Below the pieces are notes generated by a model. That model did no database searches. It saw only the letters and a program-made list of their open reading frames with translations, and had not been told where the DNA came from. From Minisyncoccia bacterium (GTDB lineage: Bacteria; Patescibacteriota; Minisyncoccia; UBA6257; JAVHQB01): a DNA stretch of 64,000 bases. Shown here piece after piece: positions 38,819-47,398 of the stretch. The number at the start of each line of letters is the position of its first letter. Positions within the stretch are counted from its first letter, which is position 1. The stretch lies in contig JBAQYG010000029.1 in the NCBI GenBank assembly GCA_049299915.1, positions 194 to 64,193 on the forward strand, written 5' to 3'. The translations under genes and the position numbers were made by a program.

Positions 38819-39124
38819 ATGAACAAATATTCTAGATTTAATTTACCAGAAGAAGAAATCGATTATCATCTCTTTGGTTCTGGAGTTACTCGGGAAGAGC
38901 TAGAGCTTTATACAGAAGCCAATTTAGAAGATTTTAAAGATGCTGGCCTTAAAATAGTAAGATTAATTACTGGTAAGGGGTCACACTCTTCAAATGGCCC
39001 AGTTATTCGTCCGATAATTTTAGCTTACCTAGAAAAGTTAACCCTAAAACACGAAATAAAAAGTTACTCATATGAAAAGTCTACTAACGGTTTAAACGAA
39101 GGCTCAATAATAGTGCATTTATAG
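38819..39124 (+). CDS. Smr (small MutS-related) domain protein.
   Basis: Smr motif IVRLITGKGSHS in 101 aa. It lies immediately downstream of uvrC. Confidence 0.55.
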   Translation: MNKYSRFNLPEEEIDYHLFGSGVTREELELYTEANLEDFKDAGLKIVRLITGKGSHSSNGPVIRPIILAYLEKLTLKHEIKSYSYEKSTNGLNEGSIIVHL

Positions 39125-39139
39125 AAATAATTTTATTAT

Positions 39140-39817
39140 ATGAAGATCCTGCCAAGACATATAGGTTTTATTGTAGATGGCAATAGACGTTGGGCTAGAG
39201 CCAAGGGGATGTCTGTTAATGAAGGGCATAAGAGGGGTGCTAAAAATTTAGAAATAATAGCTAAAGCCTGTTTTGCTTTAGGCATTCCTTCAGTTACTTT
39301 TTATATATTTTCTACTGAAAATTGGCAAAGAAGTAAGCTTGAAGTAAATTTCTTAATGAATCTTTTCCAAAAACAAATTGCTAAGTATATAAAAGAATTT
39401 AATCAAGAAGACATAACTGTAAATATAATAGGGGAAAAGGATGGGTTGGCAGGGCCCATTAAAAAACTTATTGGTAATAATCGACAAAACTCTATAAAAC
39501 TTATCAAAGGGAATCTTAATTTAGCTTTAAATTATGGAGGTCAGGATGAAATAGTTTCGATATGCCAAAACCTTGTTAAAAATAACCAAACTATTAGTAG
39601 AGAAAATATAGAAAAGAATTTATATCTAGCTAATCAGCCTCCAGTGGATCTTATCATTCGCACTTCTGGCGAAATACGTTTGTCCGGATTTCTTTTGTGG
39701 CAATCAACTTATTCAGAACTTTATTTTAGTAAAAAGTATTGGCCGGATTTCACGCCACGAGACTTACAATTAGCAATAAGGGAATATTCTAAAAGAGTTA
39801 GGCGTTTTGGTAAATAA
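39140..39817 (+). CDS. uppS: Undecaprenyl (isoprenyl) diphosphate synthase.
   Basis: HIGFIVDGNRRWA and later IRTSGE.RLSGFLLWQSTYSELYF motifs. Confidence 0.85.
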   Translation: MKILPRHIGFIVDGNRRWARAKGMSVNEGHKRGAKNLEIIAKACFALGIPSVTFYIFSTENWQRSKLEVNFLMNLFQKQIAKYIKEFNQEDITVNIIGEKDGLAGPIKKLIGNNRQNSIKLIKGNLNLALNYGGQDEIVSICQNLVKNNQTISRENIEKNLYLANQPPVDLIIRTSGEIRLSGFLLWQSTYSELYFSKKYWPDFTPRDLQLAIREYSKRVRRFGK

Positions 39818-40061
39818 AAATGATTTAAAACTATCAAATTTACGACTTTCAATCTTTAAATAAATAGAGTAAAATAAAAGATGGATATAACCAAACAATT
39901 TTAAAACTATGAAATCCAAAATTAACTGGAAAAAAGTAATACAGAATGTAATTTATAGTTTTAGTCTTTTCTTAATTATTCTCATAGGATATCTTTTATT
40001 AATGTCTAAAGTAGTCTACGCTCCCACAATTTAAGAAAGAATTCTATACTGAAAAAATAAA

Positions 40062-40090
40062 AGAGCCCTGTAAATTAGCGGCTCTTTTTG
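40062..40090. terminator. Bidirectional terminator hairpin.
   Basis: Hairpin agagcc/ggctct with loop ctgtaaattagc, flanked by an A-run and a T-run. It is positioned 3' of the minus-strand 87-aa gene. Confidence 0.55.
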
Positions 40091-40117
40091 ATACTTGTAT
40101 TGCGAAACTTTGAAAAG

Positions 40118-40381
40118 CTATGGAACCATCGAGATGATGTCGAAGCCAAGGGTGGTTTCATTATAGACAGCCACCTCGGTTACCCTGATGCCAGGATAAT
40201 ACACATAAGGTTTTTTCCAAATCTTGTATTTGACGTTGGAAATAGCTTCTTTCGCGCTTCTCGCGTAAGTAGTCTCTTGAAACCGCCTGCCTTCAACATA
40301 GGCAGTGACTCTGTAACAAGTCAAATTGACCCTTGATTTCAAACTACGAACATCTCTCTTAAATGGATATCCTTTTGGCAT
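40118..40381 (-). CDS. Hypothetical basic 87-aa protein with foreign signature.
   Basis: Strong SD (aagagggggtg) upstream on the minus strand, higher GC, and its own terminator. No motif. Confidence 0.5.
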   Translation of the reverse strand: MPKGYPFKRDVRSLKSRVNLTCYRVTAYVEGRRFQETTYARSAKEAISNVKYKIWKKPYVYYPGIRVTEVAVYNETTLGFDIISMVP

Positions 40382-40498
40382 CTAACACCCCCTCTTTGTT
40401 GTAATGTGCAATCAATATACAATGACACGTCTAAGCGTTTTAGTCAAAGAGGTTTAAAGACTATCCTTGTTTATGCTATATTAGAGAAACTTATACTT

Positions 40499-41278
40499 AT
40501 GCAAACAAATCTATTTGATATTAAACAGTCAGAAGAAAACGAAAAGGAATTAGGAAGCAAAATTACTAAACCGCCCCTTCCTTATAGAAAAGTAAGTCGA
40601 AGTAAAATAGAACTGTATACAAACTGTCCTCGTTGTTTTTATTTTGATTTAAATAGAGGGATTATACGACCACCTGGTTTCCCTTTTACTCTCAATAATG
40701 CTGTGGACGCTCTTCTAAAAAAAGAATTTGATATTCACAGGGTCCAAGGTACCAAGCATCCTCTCATGGAAAAGTACGGTATTAATGCCGTGCCTCTAAG
40801 AGATGAACACTTAAAAGAATGGCAAGAAAATTTTAAAGGAATAAGGTTTAAATATGCACCGGCCAGTTTTGAGGTTTTTGGAGCAGTAGATGATATCTGG
40901 CTAAATTCTAAAGGAGAATTGATGGTAGTGGATTATAAGGCTACTAGTACTACCAGAAAAATTGATTTAGATGACGGACAAAATTATCACGAAGGTTACA
41001 AACGCCAAATGGAAGTATATCAATGGCTGCTAAGAAAAAATGGGTATAAAGTATCTGATACTGGCTATTTTGTTTACTGTAATGGACTAAAAGATAAACA
41101 AGCTTTTGATGCTAAGTTAGAATTTTCAGTTGAAATCATAAGCTATACGGGAAATGGTGACTGGATAGAGAAAACATTGGGAGAAATGAGAAAATGTTTA
41201 GACAGAGAAACCCCGCCTCCCCAAAATCCAGAATGTGAGTACTGTAATTATATTAGCAAGATAAAGAATTCTATTTAA
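40499..41278 (+). CDS. PD-(D/E)XK nuclease with a four-Cys cluster (Cas4/RecB-nuclease-like); start set at the ATG at 40499.
   Basis: N-terminal CPRC, a central PD-(D/E)XK pattern (VDD...GELMVVDYKAT), and a C-terminal CEYC. This arrangement is typical of Cas4 / DUF83 Fe-S nucleases. The GTG at 40406 is an alternative start. Confidence 0.55.
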   Translation: MQTNLFDIKQSEENEKELGSKITKPPLPYRKVSRSKIELYTNCPRCFYFDLNRGIIRPPGFPFTLNNAVDALLKKEFDIHRVQGTKHPLMEKYGINAVPLRDEHLKEWQENFKGIRFKYAPASFEVFGAVDDIWLNSKGELMVVDYKATSTTRKIDLDDGQNYHEGYKRQMEVYQWLLRKNGYKVSDTGYFVYCNGLKDKQAFDAKLEFSVEIISYTGNGDWIEKTLGEMRKCLDRETPPPQNPECEYCNYISKIKNSI

Positions 41279-41279
41279 A

Positions 41280-42077
41280 ATGTTTATCCTAATTGTTTTA
41301 GGTCTTGTTCAAGGAATCACCGAACTTCTGCCAATTTCTTCCTCGGCTCATTTAATGATTCTGCCCTGGCTTTTTAAAATTACTGACCCTGGATTAGCCT
41401 TCGATGTGGCTCTACATTTTGGAACTTTTCTGGCCCTTGCTATTTATTTCTTCAAAGATTGGCTTAGGATTATAAAATTGGGTTTTAATCGAAAAACTTC
41501 AATTCATTCAGACGATATTTATAACCACAAAACCTTATGGTTTTTAATCTTAGCAACGCTTCCTGTAGCTCTTGTGGGATTTGTCTTCGGAGACAAAGTA
41601 GGGGAATGGTTTCGTCATCCATTAATTACTGCTCTAAGTTTAATTCTTTTCGGGATTTTACTTTGGATAAGTGATAGATATTCAAAGAAAACTTTGGAGT
41701 TACGAGAAATGACAAATAAAGATGCTTTATTCATCGGAATAGCGCAAGTATTGGCCATAATTCCGGGGGTTTCTCGTTCAGGAGCCACCCTCACCGCAGC
41801 TTTAAATCGTAATTTTAAAAGAGTGGACGCAGCTAGATTTTCTCTATTACTTTCAATGCCCGCTATTCTCGGAGCTCTTATATTGGAGATTAAGAATTTA
41901 GTAAATCTACCGATAGTAAATATTTTAATAGCCATAGGAGTATCTGCCCTAAGCAGTTATTTGGTTATTAAATTATTTATGAATTATATAACCAAAATAG
42001 GTTATAAAGGATTTGCTATTTATAGGATAGCCCTAGCTTTGATTATAATTGTCGCATATTTTATTAGAGTTAAATAA
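41280..42077 (+). CDS. uppP: Undecaprenyl-diphosphatase (BacA/UppP).
   Basis: LPISSSAHL motif and an 8-TM profile. Confidence 0.85.
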   Translation: MFILIVLGLVQGITELLPISSSAHLMILPWLFKITDPGLAFDVALHFGTFLALAIYFFKDWLRIIKLGFNRKTSIHSDDIYNHKTLWFLILATLPVALVGFVFGDKVGEWFRHPLITALSLILFGILLWISDRYSKKTLELREMTNKDALFIGIAQVLAIIPGVSRSGATLTAALNRNFKRVDAARFSLLLSMPAILGALILEIKNLVNLPIVNILIAIGVSALSSYLVIKLFMNYITKIGYKGFAIYRIALALIIIVAYFIRVK

Positions 42078-42082
42078 ATAAA

Positions 42083-42712
42083 ATGAATTTTACTTGGGTA
42101 TTATTATTAAATGATGTTCAAACTAGTTTATCGGTGTTTTTCAAAGATTATGGAAGTAATCTTTTAAAAATTACAATAGTTTATATCATTGGAAGAGTTT
42201 TAATCGAATTAGTATTAAAAAATATAAGTCGTCTTTATATAACTAAAGAAGAAAAACAAGGAAAGCAATCTGGCCGTCGAGCAACGACTTTAGCTGGTTT
42301 AATGAACACTTTAGCCTATATATTTCTAGATATAGTAATATTAATTTCCGTGTTAAGAACCTTTGGAGTAAATTTAGTACCCATTTTAGCTGGAGCGGGT
42401 GTTTTTGGATTAGCCCTTAGTTTTGGTACCCAGAATCTTATTAAAGATTTAATTGCCGGACTTTTTATTCTCATAGAAAACCAATATAGTCTTGGCGACA
42501 GAGTAAAGATAGGTGAGTATACTGGTAGAGTACTCAAAATAACCATGCGCTCTACTATTTTAAAAGATATCGATGGTCAAATTATTTATATTCCCAATGG
42601 TACAATTACTCAAATAATAAATTTATCTCAGGCTAGTACTCCTGAAATAAAAGACATGCAACATGAAGCAGAAAAAGAAAGTATCGAAAACAAAAACTCC
42701 AAAGAGAAATAG
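42083..42712 (+). CDS. mscS: Small-conductance mechanosensitive channel family protein (short).
   Basis: TM helices followed by the MscS beta-domain motif (IENQYSLGDRVKIGEYTGRVLKITMRSTILKDIDGQIIYIPNG). Confidence 0.7.
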   Translation: MNFTWVLLLNDVQTSLSVFFKDYGSNLLKITIVYIIGRVLIELVLKNISRLYITKEEKQGKQSGRRATTLAGLMNTLAYIFLDIVILISVLRTFGVNLVPILAGAGVFGLALSFGTQNLIKDLIAGLFILIENQYSLGDRVKIGEYTGRVLKITMRSTILKDIDGQIIYIPNGTITQIINLSQASTPEIKDMQHEAEKESIENKNSKEK

Positions 42713-43772
42713 CTCTTTTTGGTATAAAACCAATAAGTCAAAATCCTATTTACTGGGTCTAGCTCCCATGGCTGGAGTTTCTGATGAACCATTTAGATTA
42801 ATAGTAGCTAAATATGGTAAGCCAGATTTTATTTATACCGAATTTATTTGGCCAGAAGCTCTTTTGTCTATGTCGGAAGAAGCTTTGAAAAATATTATTT
42901 ATTCAGAGAAAGAAAGGCCTATTATTGCTCAAATAGTTGGTAATAACCCAGAAGCTTTCTATAAAATAGCTCCTATTTTATGTGAATTAGGGTTTGATGG
43001 TATAGATATAAACATGGGTTGTCCAGATAAGCATATATTGGCTAGGGGCGCTGGAGCAGCATTGATCAAAAATCCATCTTTAGCAAAAAAATTATTTGAG
43101 GTAACTCAAAAAAGTATTAATGATTGGGCTCAAGGAAAAGATTTAAAAGATTACGGATATACTTTAAAAGAAATTAATTTTTGGAAAACTTTCCGGAAAA
43201 AATACCATTTAAAACTTCCAAAAAATAGGAAACATATTCCTATCTCATTAAAAACAAGAATTGGTTACAGAGAGCCCGATATCAAATGGTTGCGTTTTGT
43301 AATAACTAAAATTCATCCAGAAGTCTTCATTCTCCATATGAGAACCTTCAAGGAGAATAGAAAGGGTTTGGGGCAATGGGATATTATGGAAAAAATAATA
43401 CCATTGGCAGCTAAAAACAATGTAATTATAATAGGGAATGGAGGTATAAATAGTCATGCAGAGGCGTTAGATAAGATTAAAAGATATAATTTAAAAGGAC
43501 TAATGATTGCTCAGGGAGCCCTAGGGAATCCTTGGATTTTTAATGGTACAAGACCCACTACTAAGGAAAGATTAAAAATAGCTTTGGAGCATGCTAAGCT
43601 TTATAAAAGTCTTTTTGGGGAAAAGAAGTTTTTTACCATGCGCAAGCATCTTTTATGGTATACTAATGGTCTAATAAATTCCAAAGAATTACGTCGGCAA
43701 CTTTGCCAAGTTAACACTTATGCAGAGTGTCAAACAATAATTGGTAGTTATTTGAAAGAAATTAAACATTAA
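42663..43772 (+). CDS. dus: tRNA-dihydrouridine synthase.
   Basis: LAPMAGVSDEPFR, INMGCP and flavin-binding TIM-barrel motifs. The 5' end overlaps mscS, so the true start is uncertain. Confidence 0.8.
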   Translation: MKQKKKVSKTKTPKRNSSFWYKTNKSKSYLLGLAPMAGVSDEPFRLIVAKYGKPDFIYTEFIWPEALLSMSEEALKNIIYSEKERPIIAQIVGNNPEAFYKIAPILCELGFDGIDINMGCPDKHILARGAGAALIKNPSLAKKLFEVTQKSINDWAQGKDLKDYGYTLKEINFWKTFRKKYHLKLPKNRKHIPISLKTRIGYREPDIKWLRFVITKIHPEVFILHMRTFKENRKGLGQWDIMEKIIPLAAKNNVIIIGNGGINSHAEALDKIKRYNLKGLMIAQGALGNPWIFNGTRPTTKERLKIALEHAKLYKSLFGEKKFFTMRKHLLWYTNGLINSKELRRQLCQVNTYAECQTIIGSYLKEIKH

Positions 43773-43791
43773 TTTGTAAATTATCCGAGGT

Positions 43792-44598
43792 ATGTACTCT
43801 TTTGTTACTAGAAAAGTTGGCCTAGCCTTAGGGAGTGGCAGTGCACGAGGACTGGCCCATATAGGAGTAATCAAAGTTTTAGTCGAAAATAATATACCTA
43901 TCGACTATATCGCTGGTAGTAGCATTGGTTCAGTGGTCGGTGCTCTATATGCAGCTAAAAAGGATATTACCTATATAGAAAATTTGATCTATGGTCTAAA
44001 CAAAAAACAAGCTTTGTCATTAATAGATATAGCTCCACGTTATGGATTTATAAAAGGAGAAAAGATAGAAAAATATATAGAAGAAATTATAGGTAAAAAG
44101 AACTTCTACGATTTAAAAATTCCTTTCGCAGCTGTGGCTACAGACTTAAAAACAGCCGAATCAATTGTTTTTAAAAGTGGAGACTTGATTAAAGCTATCC
44201 GTTCAAGTATTTCTATCCCAGTAGCCTTTAAACCAGTAGAATACGAGGGAAGACTATTAACAGATGGGGGAACTGCTATGCCAGTGCCCGCTCAAGTAGT
44301 TCGCTCTATGGGAGCTGGACTAGTAATCGCCGTAGATCTTAATTCTGATTATGAAACAGTTCATAGTAAAAATAAATTCAATACCGGAGATATGATTAAC
44401 GTTGCCCTTGATCTAATGGTTACCAATCTATCTAATTATAATAACAGTGCAGCTGATATAATTATTAAACCAAAAGTTGGAAAAATTACTTGGAATGATA
44501 TGTTCAATCCTAAAGCGGTCATTCTTGAAGGAGAAAGAGTAATGAATGAAGCCTTACCTCAGGTCGAAAGATTTTTACATAATAGTTTGTGGATTTAA
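43792..44598 (+). CDS. Patatin-like phospholipase.
   Basis: GSGSARG oxyanion motif, the GSSIGS (GxSxG) serine nucleophile motif, and a DGG catalytic Asp. Confidence 0.75.
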   Translation: MYSFVTRKVGLALGSGSARGLAHIGVIKVLVENNIPIDYIAGSSIGSVVGALYAAKKDITYIENLIYGLNKKQALSLIDIAPRYGFIKGEKIEKYIEEIIGKKNFYDLKIPFAAVATDLKTAESIVFKSGDLIKAIRSSISIPVAFKPVEYEGRLLTDGGTAMPVPAQVVRSMGAGLVIAVDLNSDYETVHSKNKFNTGDMINVALDLMVTNLSNYNNSAADIIIKPKVGKITWNDMFNPKAVILEGERVMNEALPQVERFLHNSLWI

Positions 44599-44601
44599 AA
44601 T

Positions 44602-45582
44602 ATGCTTATAGACGAAGTAACAATCAAAATAAAAGCTGGGAATGGTGGTGATGGCAAAGCCGCCTTCAATAGTAACCTTATGAGTCTAGGACCGTCAGGA
44701 GCAAGTGGCGGTACTGGCGGTAATGTTTATGTATTAGGAGTATCCGATATGAACGCTTTAGAAAGGCTTCGTTTTACTAAAGTTATTAAGGCTAATAATG
44801 GTGGACCGGGCCAAGAGCAATTTCGTGATGGAAAAACAGGCGAGGATGCTGTCATATTAGTGCCTGCTGGTACGACAGTAGAGAATAAGCAGAATCACAT
44901 AAAATATGATGTTTTAAAAATCGGTGAGAAAATCATGGTAGCCAAAGGTGGTCATGGCGGTAAAGGTAATTTTTTATTTAGATCATCTAGAAATACTTCA
45001 CCTACTCAATTTCAAAAAGGTCTTCCTGGAGATGAAGCGGATTTTCATTTAGAGCTAAAATTAATTGCCGATGTTGGTCTGGTAGGTCTCCCTAATGCTG
45101 GGAAATCAAGTCTTCTTAATAATCTAACAAAGGCTAATGTCAGAGTAGCTGATTATCCTTTCACTACCCTCGAACCAAATCTTGGTGTTTTTTATACCAA
45201 AGAAATGCGACCCATAGTAATTGCAGATATTCCTGGTTTAATAGAAGGGGCTTCGCAAGGAAAGGGTCTGGGATATAAATTCTTAAGACACATAGAGAGA
45301 ACAAGACTCTTATGGCATCTTTTGAGCATGGAATCGGAGAATTTGTTAGAAGATTATCTTAAAATAAAAAAAGAGCTAACAAATTACAATGATACTTTGG
45401 GAGAAAAACCAGAATTGATTATTTTTACTAAAATTGATTATGAATCAAAAGAAAACAGTAAGAAATTAAAAGAAGCCGAAGCTTATTTCAAAAAGTTAGG
45501 AATTAAAACCATTGCCCTTTCGAATTTAACAGAGGAAGGCATAGATACGCTTAAAAAAGACGTACTAGAAAAACTAAATTAA
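44602..45582 (+). CDS. obg: GTPase Obg.
   Basis: Gly-rich Obg fold (AGNGGDG, GGTGGNVY, GGHGGKGN) and GTPase motifs (GLPNAGKSS, DIPGLIEGA). Confidence 0.9.
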   Translation: MLIDEVTIKIKAGNGGDGKAAFNSNLMSLGPSGASGGTGGNVYVLGVSDMNALERLRFTKVIKANNGGPGQEQFRDGKTGEDAVILVPAGTTVENKQNHIKYDVLKIGEKIMVAKGGHGGKGNFLFRSSRNTSPTQFQKGLPGDEADFHLELKLIADVGLVGLPNAGKSSLLNNLTKANVRVADYPFTTLEPNLGVFYTKEMRPIVIADIPGLIEGASQGKGLGYKFLRHIERTRLLWHLLSMESENLLEDYLKIKKELTNYNDTLGEKPELIIFTKIDYESKENSKKLKEAEAYFKKLGIKTIALSNLTEEGIDTLKKDVLEKLN

Positions 45583-45584
45583 TT

Positions 45585-45613
45585 TTGACAAAACGACGAT
45601 TATCCTTTATATT
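45585..45613 (+). promoter_or_regulatory. Candidate sigma70 promoter (TTGACA, 17 nt spacer, TATATT) upstream of tRNA-Phe.
   Basis: Consensus -35 hexamer and a good -10 hexamer, about 60 nt upstream of the tRNA. Confidence 0.4.
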
Positions 45614-45674
45614 TAGCTTTGCAAATAGGTTTTACTATGTTGTGCTACATGGTAAGATTTAATCAGATATTTTA

Positions 45675-45746
45675 GCCGAGGTAGCTCAGTGGTAGAGCGT
45701 ATGCCTGAAGAGCATAGCGTCGGGTGTCCGATTCACCCCCTCGGCA
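45675..45746 (+). tRNA. tRNA-Phe(GAA).
   Basis: Sequence GCCGAGGTAGCTCAGTGGTAGAGC...CTGAAGA...CCTCGGCA with a 7/7 acceptor stem. Confidence 0.8.
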
Positions 45747-45818
45747 CAGATTCAAAATTTAAGTATTTATTTTCTAATATATATATAAATTTATTGAATC
45801 CATATATATTCTAATCAT

Positions 45819-46217
45819 ATGAAAAACATCAAAGACAAAGGGCTGCTTATATTTATAATAGTTGTAATATTGGCTTTAACCGGACTTTTGGTTTACGTAC
45901 AAATTAAATCAAAAAAAGGAACGACAATTACTCAAGGAGAAGATCTTCTGTTTTATTCGGTGAATTGTCCTCATTGTAAAAATGTAGAAAATTTTCTTAA
46001 AGAAAACCAAGCTGAAACTAAACTAGCTTATCAAAATATAGAAGTAGATTTCAGTCAGGCCAACAAACAGTTAATTTTACAAAAACAAACTAGCTGTGGT
46101 TATACAGAAGAAAACAATTTAGGAGCCATCCCATTCCTTTATACAAAAGATGCTAAATGTCTTGTCGGAGATGTAGAAATTATTAATTACTTTAAGAAAG
46201 AACTGGGTATCAAGTAG
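45819..46217 (+). CDS. Membrane-anchored thioredoxin-fold protein (glutaredoxin-like CPHC motif).
   Basis: N-terminal TM helix, then YSVNCPHCKNVENFL. Confidence 0.5.
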   Translation: MKNIKDKGLLIFIIVVILALTGLLVYVQIKSKKGTTITQGEDLLFYSVNCPHCKNVENFLKENQAETKLAYQNIEVDFSQANKQLILQKQTSCGYTEENNLGAIPFLYTKDAKCLVGDVEIINYFKKELGIK

Positions 46218-46257
46218 TGGGTGATAGGAACAGTTGAGATTGATTTTGATTACGAAT

Positions 46258-46331
46258 GGGCAATTAGCTCAGTTGGTTAGAGCGCCTCGTTTACACCGAG
46301 GAGGTCGTGGGTTCGAATCCTACACTGCCCA
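46258..46331 (+). tRNA. tRNA-Val(TAC).
   Basis: Sequence GGGCAATTAGCTCAGTTGGTTAGAGC...TTTACAC...GGTTCGAATCC...TGCCCA. There is one mismatch in the acceptor stem. Confidence 0.8.
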
Positions 46332-46366
46332 CACTCAAAGATTGTTACAAATTTAAATTTTATTTT

Positions 46367-46579
46367 ATGTTAGAAGCATTTAAAAAACTGTTCAAAACAG
46401 AAGAAGATGTGGACTCTTACACTGCAGGTAGGGCAGATATTTCTGACGAAATGAAGGCAACTATAGAGGCTGTTTCTCATATGAAACCGCAACAAGATAT
46501 GGATGCTAGTGAAGAAGATAAGAAAGGGGATGAAGAAGGGGCAGATAAGACTCCAGGTAATAACGAACAGATTCACTAA
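46367..46579 (+). CDS. Small acidic hypothetical protein (70 aa from the ATG at 46367).
   Basis: The track ORF 46307.. overlaps tRNA-Val, so the ATG at 46367 is the first plausible start. A terminator follows. Confidence 0.3.
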   Translation: MLEAFKKLFKTEEDVDSYTAGRADISDEMKATIEAVSHMKPQQDMDASEEDKKGDEEGADKTPGNNEQIH

Positions 46580-46581
46580 AT

Positions 46582-46609
46582 AAAAAACACCCATTGCGGG
46601 TGTTTTTTA
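46582..46609. terminator. Bidirectional rho-independent terminator between this ORF and the convergent comF.
   Basis: Hairpin acaccc/gggtgt with loop attgc, flanked by an A-run and a T-run. Confidence 0.7.
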
Positions 46610-47338
46610 ATATATTTGACCAGCCAAGGTTAAACCAATTATTTGTTTAGCCCCATTTTCTTTTAGAATTCTAGCAGCTTCATTTAGAGTAGCTCCAGTA
46701 GTATAGACATCATCTATAAGAATAAAATTCTTTTGAGAGATTTCTTTTTTATCGGTAATTTTGAACGCATTTAGCATATTTTCTAACCTATCTTCAGGCG
46801 AAACGGCAAGAGCCTGGGGAGGGTTATTTTTTATCCTTATCAGATTATTATTTATAATGGGTAATTTTAATGAATTTTTATCGGGAATAATTATTTCCGC
46901 TTGATTAAATCCTCTCATTCTTTTTCGTTCATCACTCAAGGGAATGGGAATGATGCTAAAATTACCCTCGCTTAATATATTTGAATGACAATCTAGAAAA
47001 GATTCGACATAAACCTGAAATAAATTTTTTAAAGGTACTAAGTTATGATATTTAAAATTTAAAATAAGAGATTGTATCAAGGGCATTTGCCAATCAAATA
47101 AACAAGCTATGGCTTGCAGTGTTGAGTTGTGAATAGGGCAAACCATCTGATTATCTGATAGGAGTTGATGACAGATAGGACAGTATAATGAACCATTAGG
47201 TCTTAGATCCTTGGCACAACCTAGACATAAAGGAATAGAACTATTTAAAAATTTATGGCAACCCAAGCATTGATTAGGCAAAATTAAATCTAAGTATTTT
47301 TTAGAATCGAACATAGTTGCAATATTTGCTAAACCCAA
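46607..47338 (-). CDS. comF: ComF-family protein (double zinc ribbon plus phosphoribosyltransferase domain).
   Basis: N-terminal CLGC...CLGC...CPIC zinc ribbons and the C-terminal PRTase motif FILIDDVYTTGATL. Confidence 0.75.
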   Translation of the reverse strand: MGLANIATMFDSKKYLDLILPNQCLGCHKFLNSSIPLCLGCAKDLRPNGSLYCPICHQLLSDNQMVCPIHNSTLQAIACLFDWQMPLIQSLILNFKYHNLVPLKNLFQVYVESFLDCHSNILSEGNFSIIPIPLSDERKRMRGFNQAEIIIPDKNSLKLPIINNNLIRIKNNPPQALAVSPEDRLENMLNAFKITDKKEISQKNFILIDDVYTTGATLNEAARILKENGAKQIIGLTLAGQIY

Positions 47339-47398
47339 TTAGAATAAAGGGTAAGAAGCGGTTATGTGATTTGAATTATTAGTAATTATAACATTTGC

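Noticed and set aside
46307-46366. The ORF start overlapping tRNA-Val.
   Set aside because: Translation initiating inside a tRNA gene is implausible, so the start was moved to the ATG at 46367.
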